DNA from: Prevotella sp.
GTDB lineage: Bacteria; Bacteroidota; Bacteroidia; Bacteroidales; Bacteroidaceae
NCBI GenBank assembly: GCA_017474845.1
Contig: JAFVGS010000016.1
Span: 2,303-66,302 of the forward strand
Direction: 5' to 3'
Length of the DNA stretch: 64,000 nt
Numbering within the stretch: position 1 is the first letter of the stretch; the number at the start of each line of letters is the position of its first letter. The translations under genes and the position numbers were made by a program. This document shows positions 51,674 to 62,432 of the stretch, in pieces. Under the pieces are notes generated by a model. It was not told where the DNA came from and made no database searches. It saw only the letters and a list, made by a program, of their open reading frames with translations.

Positions 51674-52282
51674 CTATTTGGCTCCTTTTTGTCTGAATAC
51701 AGCTATAAACGTTTTGAACAAACACAACATATCAAGAGAAAATGAAGCGTTATCTACATAATAATACTCCAGCTCAAGACGCTCTGAATAATCAAGGTTA
51801 GACCTTCCATGACATGCCCACCAACCTGTAATCCCTGGTTTAACTTTCCAGTATTTCTTATTTCCTCCATGAGCTTCCAATTCTCCTTCCACTAACGGAC
51901 GGGGGCCAACTAATGACATATTACCAATTAAAACATTAATTGCCTGCGGCAGCTCGTCAAGCGAAGATTCTCTAAGAAATTTACCTATTATTGTAATACG
52001 CGGATCATTTTCTATTTTTTGATTTGCCTCCCATTCTTGCTTATAACGGTCTTCTTTTAATAGTTCATCTAATTGTTCCTCCGCATCTCGTACCATGGTA
52101 CGGAATTTATAGATTTGAAAGATTTTTCCATCCTTACCTATACGACTTTGTTTATAGAGTATATTACCCCCATCTCTATAGGAAATGTATATGAGTTTAA
52201 TAATGATACTAACAGGAATAAAAAATAATATCCCGCAAGTACTCAAAACTATGTCTAAAAATCTTTTAAAAAAGAAATACAT
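51674..52282 (-). CDS. Priming phosphoglycosyl transferase (sugar transferase)
   Basis: KR.LD, KFRTM, DPR.T..G.FLR, SLDELPQ, SLVGPRP and KPGITG motifs. Confidence 0.92.
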   Translation of the reverse strand: MYFFFKRFLDIVLSTCGILFFIPVSIIIKLIYISYRDGGNILYKQSRIGKDGKIFQIYKFRTMVRDAEEQLDELLKEDRYKQEWEANQKIENDPRITIIGKFLRESSLDELPQAINVLIGNMSLVGPRPLVEGELEAHGGNKKYWKVKPGITGWWACHGRSNLDYSERLELEYYYVDNASFSLDMLCLFKTFIAVFRQKGAK

Positions 52283-53417
52283 TGTTATTACTTTTAAACC
52301 TCTTGTTTTGTTCTTCAACAGCTCTCTCAAAAAACACTGTTAATCTCTCGGCCTCTGACACGGCATCAAAACCTGCATTCATCAAATCTTTTTCTCTTCC
52401 TCTACGAAGTGGCATTGCCTTTCTTGTTTCAGAGATAATGATATTGGCCCATTCTGCTGCACTTTTCTTCAGGCTGATAAAATGTCCTAATTCTGCAATA
52501 CCAGCCTCTCTGGTAATCTCTTCAGAGAAAAACACAGGCAGACCTGTTGACTGAGACTCTATTCCTACGACAGGCAGACCTTCATAAAGACTTGGCAATA
52601 GGAATGCGTCAAAAGCATTATAGAACTGTTTGATATCCTCCCTTCTACCCAACCAGCTCATTTTCTCGTCAAGGCCATACTTAGCAATTTTATTTTTTAT
52701 CTGCTGTTCCATACTGCCTGCACCAATAATCACGAAGTGCGCATTATCTTGCTTTTGAGCTATTTCATTCATAATGTCTACTAAAAACAGTGGATTCTTC
52801 TGTTTCTCAAATCTGGCGATATAACCATATACTACCATATTGCCCCATCCGAACTTCTGTCTGGTATCTTCTCTCAGGATAGGATCAAAGGTATATTTCT
52901 TAGCATCAACAGGTGTAAGGAAGATATTAATAGTCCCATCTTCGTATGCTTTCTTGCCAAACTGATAAATACCACAGTCCTTACCATTAGCCATATAATA
53001 ATTACAAAAAAGATGGGAGAAACGCTTCAATACATTCTTCATCATTGTCTTTTTCTTCTCTAATGGTGAAGCCATCGTCAGACTCTCACTCACTCTCACC
53101 TTAATGCCATTAAAATATGCAATACCCAACGGAAATAGGTTCATTGTATTGTTCAGCGCATACAAAGCATCATAATGTTTTTCCCTAAGCAATTTCCTTA
53201 ACGCATTCAGATGCGCTAAAATATGCTGATAAGGAGGAATTACATATATTCCTCCTCCCAATTCATTTACTTCATCAAATGGAATGCTATTCGAATCCTT
53301 ATCCACTATCAAATCAAAATAAATCCTCTTTGGGTCAAAATTCCTCAAATAAGTCATTATTAAGCTCTTCTGACCTCCAGAATCACACTTGTTGACAGAA
53401 ATGGCAATCTTTATCAT
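52266..53417 (-). CDS. GT4 glycosyltransferase
   Basis: ARFEKQKN and PSLYEGLPVVGIE motifs. Confidence 0.88.
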   Translation of the reverse strand: MIKIAISVNKCDSGGQKSLIMTYLRNFDPKRIYFDLIVDKDSNSIPFDEVNELGGGIYVIPPYQHILAHLNALRKLLREKHYDALYALNNTMNLFPLGIAYFNGIKVRVSESLTMASPLEKKKTMMKNVLKRFSHLFCNYYMANGKDCGIYQFGKKAYEDGTINIFLTPVDAKKYTFDPILREDTRQKFGWGNMVVYGYIARFEKQKNPLFLVDIMNEIAQKQDNAHFVIIGAGSMEQQIKNKIAKYGLDEKMSWLGRREDIKQFYNAFDAFLLPSLYEGLPVVGIESQSTGLPVFFSEEITREAGIAELGHFISLKKSAAEWANIIISETRKAMPLRRGREKDLMNAGFDAVSEAERLTVFFERAVEEQNKRFKSNNNVFLF

Positions 53418-54343
53418 ACGACACCCTTGGTGACTTCCTCATAAAACTTACGTACACCATCTATAAATGGGGTCAACTCATAGTTGATAACCTCCTTTAA
53501 CTTGGTCGTATCAAGAACCATGTATGACACATCCACAGGTCTTGGATTCTGATATACAATCTTTAATTCCTTACCGCTTACAATCTTAAGGGAAGCCAGC
53601 ACGTCATTCACAGAGTAGCCCTGTCCACTTCCTACATTCAATGTCGTATGGTGTATGTCCCCTTCGATCAACTTCACAAAGATAGTTGCCAAATCATCCA
53701 CATAGATATAATCCCTGACTGCGGAGCCATCCCCCCACACTTCTATCTCCTCATTCTTCAGAAGCTTACCTATAGCCTGTGCTACCAACCCTTGCTTCCC
53801 GTACAGATTCTGTCCATGTCCGAAAGAGTTTGATGGTCTTAAAATCAAATAATCCAACCCAACGGTTCTATTCATGAATTGGATACTATTTTCCATCATC
53901 TGTTTCGACCAGCCATAATAAGAAATAGGGTTCATGGCATCTGTTTCTTTATATGGCAGCGCAATGGACCTATTACCATACACAGTACCTCCAGACGAGA
54001 AAAACACGAATCTGATTTTCTGTTTTGCGCATAATTTCATCAGTTCAATACTGGGAAATATCACGTTTTTATATTCCTCTTTGTAATCCTCGTATGTACT
54101 TCCTGGTATCAGGGTCGACACCAAATGCACAACCATCTCAATATTATTCTCATGAATGATTTTGCTGAGGCGTTCTATATCAGATAGCAATGCGTGATGA
54201 ACCTTCGCTTCAAGTCCATTCAGCCTTTGCATATTAGCGCCAACAGGCTCACAAACATGAATCTCATAATCACCATGTTGTAGCTTTCTAATAATATTGG
54301 AACCAATGAACCCTGCCCCACCTATAAATAATATTTTCTTCAT
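53414..54343 (-). CDS. NAD-dependent epimerase/dehydratase
   Basis: GGAGFIGS, SSGGTVYG, YGWSK and RDYIYVDD motifs. Confidence 0.92.
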   Translation of the reverse strand: MKKILFIGGAGFIGSNIIRKLQHGDYEIHVCEPVGANMQRLNGLEAKVHHALLSDIERLSKIIHENNIEMVVHLVSTLIPGSTYEDYKEEYKNVIFPSIELMKLCAKQKIRFVFFSSGGTVYGNRSIALPYKETDAMNPISYYGWSKQMMENSIQFMNRTVGLDYLILRPSNSFGHGQNLYGKQGLVAQAIGKLLKNEEIEVWGDGSAVRDYIYVDDLATIFVKLIEGDIHHTTLNVGSGQGYSVNDVLASLKIVSGKELKIVYQNPRPVDVSYMVLDTTKLKEVINYELTPFIDGVRKFYEEVTKGVV

Positions 54344-54479
54344 ATCATCTCATTCTACCGTGTTACCTATCAATCTATTCTTTAAATCAGAATTTATCTT
54401 ATTCAGAAGGTTCCTTGTCCATGTTCACAGATTTGTTCATTCATTGTTGGCACATCCCTTTTCTTATGGGTGAAGTATC

Positions 54480-55190
54480 TCATGATTTAAACAACCTCCT
54501 ATACAATAGGGCTATAATAAGGTTCATTCTCTTTGTAAAGAGTTTATAGAACAAAGTATTGTTAGACTTTCCACCAGAAGGAGAGGTGTTATTTCCATGA
54601 CGTCGATAACTAATAAGCACATCCTGCATAAAGCAATAACTGAATTTCAACATCCCAGACATCCCTATCCAATAGTCATGGGCTACTATGTGTGATGGAA
54701 GAGGAAGACAATAATCAAGAACTTCTTTTCTAAAAGCCATACAACAGCCTAACCATCGTGTCTTCCACATGTTTGCTAAAAAGCCTGTTTTCCTATGATT
54801 CGTAGAATAATAAGTTCCCCCGAATGATTTTCCGTCACCATCAATAAGTTTAGCATCATGCACAACAAGTGAATACGTCTTCAACACCTGAAGAACACAT
54901 GCGACTTTATTGCTCTCCCATATATCGTCTTGATCTGACAAGAAAATAGAATCACCTTTAGCGGCCCTCAATGCATTCTCAAAGTTCCAAGTAAAGCCAT
55001 GACGGTCTTGGTTATGCAGAACTATTATTCTATCGTCATGATAAGATGCAATTATGTCTAAAGTGCTGTCGCTACTACCGTCATCAGATACGATAAGTTC
55101 ATCGCTATCATCCAATTGAGGGAGAATGGAGTCTATTTGTTCTTGAATAAACTTTTCTCCATTATAGGTTGCCATACAAACACTAACCAT
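54480..55190 (-). CDS. GT2 glycosyltransferase (rhamnosyltransferase-like)
   Basis: ATYNG, SDDGS, SDQDD and HD motifs. Confidence 0.88.
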   Translation of the reverse strand: MVSVCMATYNGEKFIQEQIDSILPQLDDSDELIVSDDGSSDSTLDIIASYHDDRIIVLHNQDRHGFTWNFENALRAAKGDSIFLSDQDDIWESNKVACVLQVLKTYSLVVHDAKLIDGDGKSFGGTYYSTNHRKTGFLANMWKTRWLGCCMAFRKEVLDYCLPLPSHIVAHDYWIGMSGMLKFSYCFMQDVLISYRRHGNNTSPSGGKSNNTLFYKLFTKRMNLIIALLYRRLFKS

Positions 55191-55191
55191 T

Positions 55192-56385
55192 CTATGACAA
55201 TAGTGAATTAATTACATTTTCGTATTTAATGATATTGGCATCTTCATCTATCATTTCTTCAACGGACTTACGAGCATTGTGCTTCATGATATTGAGAAGA
55301 TCATGATTTTTATATAACTTTAGCAAAGACTTCCCTAATCCATCCACATCATTAACATCATAAATTATTCCATTGACACCATTATGTATTATCTCTGGCA
55401 AGCCACCTGAATTGGAACATATAACAGGAACATTGTTAGCACAAGCTTCAAAAGCAACAGTCGGGAACGTATCAGGCCATAAAGAAGGAATCACAATTAA
55501 ATCGACATTTTTATAGAAATCCAATGAATTAACAAATCCCAGGAACTCAACATCCTTACTATTACCTGATATTTTTCTTAACTCAAATAGAAATTCTGGA
55601 GGATTACATTTACCGGCTAATACCAAAGTTGCATTTATTTGTATTTTTAGAAATGTATTAAGTAACACATCTACACCCTTATGATGCGATAATTGACCAA
55701 TATACCCAATTTTCAATCTCCTTTTTCCATCCCACTCATTAATAGTCCTGACCTCCGGAATGTTTATGGCATTATGAATAACATATTTTTTGCTAGTCTT
55801 AAAATAACCATTTGCGATATGAGTTTGCATAACATAGTTGCTCACCCCGACAACTGCATCTACCTTACTGCTTGCTCGCTTATGAAACAATCTCAGAAGT
55901 TTGCATTCGATGCATGGTTTCATGCACACCTTGTTATTCCGAAACGTATTTGTCTTGGGACATCTTAAATATTGATCATGAAGTATCTGTATCAACGGAA
56001 TATGATGAGCTTTAATTTCATCCCAAACAGAAATAGAAAAGCCTACTAAGGCATGGCAAATTGCAACATCCGGATGTGTGAGTTCGATTACTTGTTTTAC
56101 GTATCCACGCATACCATAATTATAACTATCGCGTAAATGCCAAAATAAGTGTTTAATCTTTCCTTGGGGTCTGTGTAGTCCTAAATAAAAATTTTTAATT
56201 CCACATCTATATATAATAAGGTTATCTTTCTCCTCTTTCTTTAGTCCTGTATTCGGGTCATCTGCAGAAAGAACAAAAACTTTGTGCCCACGCAATAATA
56301 GTTGCTCAGCTTGCCGTGCACAAATAACCTCCGCACCTCCAGAAATTAATGGCGGGAAAAGTTGATTAATAATAAGTATTCTCAT
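55192..56385 (-). CDS. GT4 glycosyltransferase
   Basis: GGAE, KG and PSLWPDTFPTVAFEA motifs. Confidence 0.88.
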   Translation of the reverse strand: MRILIINQLFPPLISGGAEVICARQAEQLLLRGHKVFVLSADDPNTGLKKEEKDNLIIYRCGIKNFYLGLHRPQGKIKHLFWHLRDSYNYGMRGYVKQVIELTHPDVAICHALVGFSISVWDEIKAHHIPLIQILHDQYLRCPKTNTFRNNKVCMKPCIECKLLRLFHKRASSKVDAVVGVSNYVMQTHIANGYFKTSKKYVIHNAINIPEVRTINEWDGKRRLKIGYIGQLSHHKGVDVLLNTFLKIQINATLVLAGKCNPPEFLFELRKISGNSKDVEFLGFVNSLDFYKNVDLIVIPSLWPDTFPTVAFEACANNVPVICSNSGGLPEIIHNGVNGIIYDVNDVDGLGKSLLKLYKNHDLLNIMKHNARKSVEEMIDEDANIIKYENVINSLLS

Positions 56386-56423
56386 CCCTTAGTTTAAAAT
56401 GAAGAGACTACGCTCAACATCTC

Positions 56424-57356
56424 TCAATGCTTTACTTTGTTATATTCTTCAATAAACAAAACCTTTGGAGTCACCTTTCTTATATAAGACTTTAATACCT
56501 GTTTATATATATACAAATAATCAGTAACGTGAGTCGTACAATGAAAGATCCTAAGAATCTCAAATACTATAACTTTAAACATCCATAGCATCAATATAAT
56601 GCTACGCCTAATCGTGTTGGTTCCAAAATAATAAGAATCTCCTAAATACGCAGCAGATGTTGTCGCATATAACAAGTCTGTTTTATGGGAGGATACGCCC
56701 TCATAATGTATAATCTTAACAGAAGAATCAACGTAACAATGGAATCCTTTTTTATTCAACAATGTAGACATTGCGATATCTTCTGGACAGAAAAAATACT
56801 TTTCATCAAAGAAACCTACTTTCTCAAATATATCTGAATATATTAGGAATGCCGCACCAGAGACATTATATGTTTTAAAAATTCCAGACTTACTTTCATA
56901 TTTTGACGGGAATGGAATTCTTATCCCCATATGATGTAAGAGGAAAGTCGGAAATGTATATTTTCTTCTTCCATGAAATTGAACGGAACCATCTCCTCTA
57001 TATAGTACCGGGCTCATTACCGTTGCATCTTTCGTCTTTTCCAAAGAATGCAAAAGGTTATCCAAAACCGGCTCCGTGAATTCTGTATCATCATTCAAAA
57101 CGAAAGTATATGGGGTCGTGACCTTTGTCAAAGCCAAATTGTTATTTTCAGCAAAACCTCTTATTTCGTTACTTTTAATAATTTGAACATACGGATACCC
57201 AAGTCGTAGTTTCTCAAGATTCTCGTCTGAAAACAGATATGCTACTACATATATTCGATGTGGTATTGTTGTGTATTTTTCTATGCTTGGCAGACATCTC
57301 TCAAGATTAGCCAACCTATTCATACAGACAATTACTATTGATACCGTTTCTTTCAT
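56424..57356 (-). CDS. GT2 glycosyltransferase
   Basis: GFAENNN, LNDD, GAA and GFFDE..F..EDI motifs. Confidence 0.88.
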   Translation of the reverse strand: MKETVSIVIVCMNRLANLERCLPSIEKYTTIPHRIYVVAYLFSDENLEKLRLGYPYVQIIKSNEIRGFAENNNLALTKVTTPYTFVLNDDTEFTEPVLDNLLHSLEKTKDATVMSPVLYRGDGSVQFHGRRKYTFPTFLLHHMGIRIPFPSKYESKSGIFKTYNVSGAAFLIYSDIFEKVGFFDEKYFFCPEDIAMSTLLNKKGFHCYVDSSVKIIHYEGVSSHKTDLLYATTSAAYLGDSYYFGTNTIRRSIILMLWMFKVIVFEILRIFHCTTHVTDYLYIYKQVLKSYIRKVTPKVLFIEEYNKVKH

Positions 57357-57411
57357 CTTCTAACCGACGAGTTCTTCTGTTCAAGTTTCGCTATTTCATA
57401 GTATAAAACTA

Positions 57412-58668
57412 TCATGTTTCTGTAGATTCATAATTATCTACTTCAGCAAACAAAAGAAAAACTGACAATAAGATAGCCCACACAAAATGAATAAAACCAT
57501 TTTCATATATAAAATAGGTTGTACCGAAAAGCAAAATGTTGGCATAAAGAGAAATTATAATTAGGATTCCTATATTTACCTCTTTATCTAGCTTGCTGAT
57601 CAAAATATAAAAGAGTAAAGCTACTAATGATAAAAAAATAAAAGTAAAGATCAAGCCGAAATCCATCACAAAAGCACCGATATAAGTATAAAAGTTATTT
57701 GAAACAATACCAAGTAATGAAGATCGGTCTTCTATTGATGTATTGTCAATCCCCAAATAAGAATAAAACCCTTTTAAAGATTGCTCTCCTCCGACGTAAT
57801 CAGTAATCCAATAGCAGTCTGTATTAAAATTATACATAGATTCTCCCATATATCTAACGAATCCATATGCAGCGCCAAGTTCTTCGGTACCATCAGTAGT
57901 CCTATTCAAAGAAATTGAAACAAACAATAGTCCCATGATTCCTCCTATAATAAGTGCCAATTGTCCCAAGAACTTTCTTTGCTGCTCATCAATCATTTTA
58001 TAAAACAGCAAATAATTATATAATATCATATAGACAAATACAACTGCATAATAGCGTTGTCCATTAGCTAAATTGTTAAAGAGTGGATTTAACAATGCGA
58101 CTACTAATCCTATTACTATCCACATTTTTTTTTCTTTAAACATTGTCACATACACGAAAAAAAATGTAGGTGTTAGGAATTCAAAGTAATCTTCGACAGA
58201 ATAGAAGATTCTACCTATAAAAGAAAAATAAGCACGAGTATCGAAGTCATCAGGCCTTTCCTCATAAATTGACGCCAAATTATCAAGTCCAGAAAAAGCT
58301 ATTTGGATTAAGCTCTCTAAAAGAGGAATAAATGAACAAACTGCAAGTACAACAACAATACCATATACAATTCCCTCGTTATATACAACTTTTAATTCTT
58401 TTCCATCTATTGGCCTTAACATAGAAATAGGCAAAAGCCCTATCATGATAAGAACAAATAAATATAAATATGGAGCAAATGTTATATCATTATTAGTCTG
58501 TGTAAAAGGTATTAATGAATATATAATACCTATAACAGCACAAAGCAACCATATAGCAGAAATCATAATAAGTATGCCATGTCTCCTCATAATAGCATAT
58601 GCCAAGAGAAAGACATATAACATAGCATTTATGCAAGGTAGAATAAATTCTTCATTACTATACATCAA
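57412..58668 (-). CDS. wzy: Polysaccharide polymerase Wzy
   Basis: About 10 TM segments; NFYT....DFG motif; operon context. Confidence 0.75.
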   Translation of the reverse strand: MMYSNEEFILPCINAMLYVFLLAYAIMRRHGILIMISAIWLLCAVIGIIYSLIPFTQTNNDITFAPYLYLFVLIMIGLLPISMLRPIDGKELKVVYNEGIVYGIVVVLAVCSFIPLLESLIQIAFSGLDNLASIYEERPDDFDTRAYFSFIGRIFYSVEDYFEFLTPTFFFVYVTMFKEKKMWIVIGLVVALLNPLFNNLANGQRYYAVVFVYMILYNYLLFYKMIDEQQRKFLGQLALIIGGIMGLLFVSISLNRTTDGTEELGAAYGFVRYMGESMYNFNTDCYWITDYVGGEQSLKGFYSYLGIDNTSIEDRSSLLGIVSNNFYTYIGAFVMDFGLIFTFIFLSLVALLFYILISKLDKEVNIGILIIISLYANILLFGTTYFIYENGFIHFVWAILLSVFLLFAEVDNYESTET

Positions 58669-58698
58669 ACAACATTTTTTATAAAATGTATCTTTTTC

Positions 58699-60132
58699 CT
58701 ATTTCATCATTTTAAGGCAAGAGTGAACAAACCCCACAAACTCTTCATTCCGTTTAACATAAATGTTACTAATAACGAAATAAACAGCTGTAAAGATGCA
58801 TGAAAGTAAGAAAGAAGTGAATCCTGTAAAGAAGATTTTACACATTATAATACCAAAACTTAAAGGTAGATACATCATCATATACGTAAGAAGGTTTCGC
58901 CAAGGAAATGAAATCGAGATATACTTGATGACATAATACTGAGCACTACATAAAACAACGATTTCAGAACAAAACCATACAATTGCCGTCCCAATACTCG
59001 CATATTTGGGAATCAATATCGTACTCAAAATAATGCAAGTTAAAGCTCCCAATATTGAATTCCATAGGACAACATTGTCCTTTTTTAATGGCATTAACAT
59101 CTGCATTATAAGTATCTGTTCATATCCAATTACAAGTATCAGCGGCATCATAATGCGCATAGGAATTATTGCTCCCTCATAACCTGGACCTGCAATAATA
59201 GAGATAATTGTAGGCGCATTGACAATTGTAAGTAGGATGAGAGGTATAGAAAAGGAAAACAACACATTATATACTTTTATCACCTTATTTTTAAATTCAT
59301 CCACTTTCCCTTCTGCCAGTAAAGAACTCATACGTGGGAGCATTACAGCTGTAAAAGCAGTAAACAAGGCAATTAAGATCTCAAACAGTTTTGATGCCGT
59401 CGTATAATAACCCACCTCTTTCTCCCCAGAAACGAAGCCAAGCCAAGATACATTTACCAACAGGTACATAGAGGTAAATAGACTATATATACCAAGAATA
59501 AAATAGGGCTTGAAATGATAAAATACGTCCACATGACGCCATTTCATTGAGACATACTTACGAGAATAAGCAAGATTGATAACAGAATTAACGACAATCA
59601 TCATAACAGAAAGGAAGTAATAGATATGGTAATCTTCAGAACATCTCACAAAAACGAATACTGATACAACATAACACATCTTTACTATTATTGTCCTAAC
59701 AGTGATATACTTAAACTCTTCCAAACCTTTATACAGCCATTCAATTAATAAGAAGTTCATTATTAATTTTAATGCACCTATAAGCATTAAGTGCCAATAA
59801 CCGAGTAACTTATCAATACTCAAGGTTACAATTATAAGAACAACTAAGGCAATAGCTGTAGTGATAGAATTCAGAAGAAAAAGCCCACTGAACGTCTGAT
59901 TGAGTTTATCCTTGTTCCATTTACTTTTTGCGATTTCCCTTATACCAACAATATTTATTCCCATCATTGAAACCAGGATAAAATAGTTGATACAAGAGTC
60001 AACAAAATTAACAATGCCAATATTTGTGACTCCGAGTACGCGTGACACATACGGGAATGTGAGCAAAGGAAACAAATAATTAGCAGTTGTCAAAATTCCG
60101 CTATAGAAGAAATTCTTTTTTATACTTGGCAT
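58699..60132 (-). CDS. wzx: Flippase Wzx
   Basis: PLLTFPYVSRVLG..G and VGYY...MLPR motifs; multiple TM segments. Confidence 0.9.
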   Translation of the reverse strand: MPSIKKNFFYSGILTTANYLFPLLTFPYVSRVLGVTNIGIVNFVDSCINYFILVSMMGINIVGIREIAKSKWNKDKLNQTFSGLFLLNSITTAIALVVLIIVTLSIDKLLGYWHLMLIGALKLIMNFLLIEWLYKGLEEFKYITVRTIIVKMCYVVSVFVFVRCSEDYHIYYFLSVMMIVVNSVINLAYSRKYVSMKWRHVDVFYHFKPYFILGIYSLFTSMYLLVNVSWLGFVSGEKEVGYYTTASKLFEILIALFTAFTAVMLPRMSSLLAEGKVDEFKNKVIKVYNVLFSFSIPLILLTIVNAPTIISIIAGPGYEGAIIPMRIMMPLILVIGYEQILIMQMLMPLKKDNVVLWNSILGALTCIILSTILIPKYASIGTAIVWFCSEIVVLCSAQYYVIKYISISFPWRNLLTYMMMYLPLSFGIIMCKIFFTGFTSFLLSCIFTAVYFVISNIYVKRNEEFVGFVHSCLKMMK

Positions 60133-60216
60133 AAACTTAAAGTATTACCTTCAATTAATCTATATGATAAAAATGAAGATAACAGTCAATAATGCTGGGA
60201 AAAAGAAAGATTAATT

Positions 60217-62418
60217 TCATTGATTCAATACAATACAGCAAGAAGACAAATGATTCTCTTTCTTCAATTTTTCAAGACTCTGGATAGCAGCTTTGGGAGT
60301 CTTTCCTGGACGGCAGACGAAACACGTCATGTCGGCCAGTCCCCCAATAAGCGCTTCGTTGTATTGGTCAATCTCCAGACCATCAAGGATAATGACGTCG
60401 TATGCTTCCCGCAGGCTGGCCAACTTCTGATGAAGGCCCTTATGAGCCAACAAGTCATCTGGATGAATCGATTCGTTGACTCCTGGAGGAAGAATTTCCT
60501 GCAGATTACAGACAAATGTATTCTCCCCCGTCCTGGTGAACGCTTCTGCCAGATGGGTAGCGCAGAAGGTCTTACCATCTCCTTGATTGGCAGAAGTAAC
60601 CAATATGGTTTTCTGTCCCTTACCCAACAGATTCAGGATATTATTACGGATAAGCCTGAACGCATCGTCACACATTCCTTGGTCAGGAGTGGGTATCGTT
60701 CCTGCTAACGGCAGTTTCGTTGTCACCTTCAAATCTACCTCCGTCTCAATATTCTTCTTCATACTTCTGCGAGAGAAGAAGAAAACGTATGGAAATATCA
60801 GGCCGAGAATCGGAGCCAAAAGCAAGGCATACAATGTCTTGGGCTTCGTCTTCTTGAACATTTGTGTTTCGTCTATCAGTCTACTTTTGTCTACGGTATT
60901 GGCCAATTCCATAATGACTTGTTCACGTGTCTGTAGCAATGAGGCGAATACTGTCTGCTTAACAGTTCTCTGGCGGTTCACTTCAGTCATGTTACGCTCT
61001 TGCTCAGGAGCATTCTCCACCCGGCTCATATAGCGGTTATACTCCCGTTCTGCCACCCGCTTTCTCAGAAGTAATGACTCACGGTCCCGCTTAAATGCAG
61101 TCTGAATGACAGGATGCAACTCATCAATCAGCTGAGTCGTCAGTTTCACTTGTGTGGACTGCTCGGTGACACTCTTCAGTAACATCTTTCTCTCATTGAC
61201 CAACTGGTTATGACGAGTGATCATCGACACCGCATCACCGGAATAGACGCCAACATTTACAGGAATCAGCTCATACCTATTGGCCGGGTCATCCACATAT
61301 TCACTCAGATAGTCAAGCAACTGCTGCTGGACACCAAAGTTCACAATCTGAGTCTCATAGGTGCTTTTCTTTCCTATCACCTCCTCAGCATCCACCTTCG
61401 GCTCAACAACCTGATACTGCTTTTTAACCTTTTCCCAGTCGGCATCCGTCAGCCCCAACTCCTGGTCGATCTTGGCAATACGTCCGTTGATGAACTCTTC
61501 GTTCTTGGCTGCTTCTTCCTGCCGTTCCTGATTGGAGCGGTCGTTATAATGAGCCACCAGACGGTTCACGAAGTCAATGCCTCGCAGAATACTCTCATCC
61601 TGCAAATTGATATGAATAACCGATGCAGCCTTTTTCGACGCAGAAGCGACAGTCAAGCGCTTGACAAATGTCTTGGCTACCATCATGGGCGGAGCAATCG
61701 TGACCTTCAGCCGATAATCCTTCTTGAAGGGCTTCATGTCCTCTTCCATCAGCAATTGATGCTCAGTAAAGGTTAGATCGCCAATCTCGGTATGCAATAC
61801 GGCTGGCAGTTTGGCAAAAGTCTGCTCCTCGATATCCACCTTTTTCTTGCCTTTCTTCAGCTTTCCTTCAACGGTATAGCCGTCATCGCTTTTGTCGATG
61901 GTCAGCCTGATGCTATAAACCATCAGAGGCAGGTTCTCATTCATGGTCTGTAGAATCTCCGGACTAACTGTTACATCAATAGGCTGGTTCTTATAAAGCA
62001 GACGGCTTTTCAGGAGCTTCTGATGGCGGATTTCCGTGTATAGCCCCAGATCCTCCACGACATCCTTCGACAATTGTTTGGTCTTCAGGATTTGTATCTC
62101 ATTATCTGCATTTGTGGATCGGTTCAAATTCATACTGCTACTGATGCTCGACGGCAACTGGTTCAGCAGGGCGGAACTGACATTAAGGTAATTGGTGTTA
62201 CTCTGTCTCCGGTCAATCAGTATCATCTTACCCAGAATGTTGTATGACGGACGACTTAGATAGACATAAGCCCCCGCCAAGAACAGACACAAGACAACAG
62301 ACAGGGCAAACCATTTCTTATGACTGGTGAAGAGTTGCCACATATAGTTCACGTCAGCGATGGTATATCGCTTCCTTTCACGGATTTTCGAAGGACTTAA
62401 CTGTGTTTTATTATTCAT
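60217..62418 (-). CDS. wzc: Wzc-like copolymerase with degenerate kinase domain
   Basis: Two TM segments, coiled-coil periplasmic region, TSANQGDGKT Walker A; no Tyr-rich tail. Confidence 0.8.
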   Translation of the reverse strand: MNNKTQLSPSKIRERKRYTIADVNYMWQLFTSHKKWFALSVVLCLFLAGAYVYLSRPSYNILGKMILIDRRQSNTNYLNVSSALLNQLPSSISSSMNLNRSTNADNEIQILKTKQLSKDVVEDLGLYTEIRHQKLLKSRLLYKNQPIDVTVSPEILQTMNENLPLMVYSIRLTIDKSDDGYTVEGKLKKGKKKVDIEEQTFAKLPAVLHTEIGDLTFTEHQLLMEEDMKPFKKDYRLKVTIAPPMMVAKTFVKRLTVASASKKAASVIHINLQDESILRGIDFVNRLVAHYNDRSNQERQEEAAKNEEFINGRIAKIDQELGLTDADWEKVKKQYQVVEPKVDAEEVIGKKSTYETQIVNFGVQQQLLDYLSEYVDDPANRYELIPVNVGVYSGDAVSMITRHNQLVNERKMLLKSVTEQSTQVKLTTQLIDELHPVIQTAFKRDRESLLLRKRVAEREYNRYMSRVENAPEQERNMTEVNRQRTVKQTVFASLLQTREQVIMELANTVDKSRLIDETQMFKKTKPKTLYALLLAPILGLIFPYVFFFSRRSMKKNIETEVDLKVTTKLPLAGTIPTPDQGMCDDAFRLIRNNILNLLGKGQKTILVTSANQGDGKTFCATHLAEAFTRTGENTFVCNLQEILPPGVNESIHPDDLLAHKGLHQKLASLREAYDVIILDGLEIDQYNEALIGGLADMTCFVCRPGKTPKAAIQSLEKLKKENHLSSCCIVLNQ

Positions 62419-62432
62419 TTCTCAAATCATTA

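Noticed and set aside
54344-54479. 136-bp gap in the capsule operon as a RiPP precursor or gene remnant
   Set aside because: Only very short frames, with no leader motif or recognisable homology.
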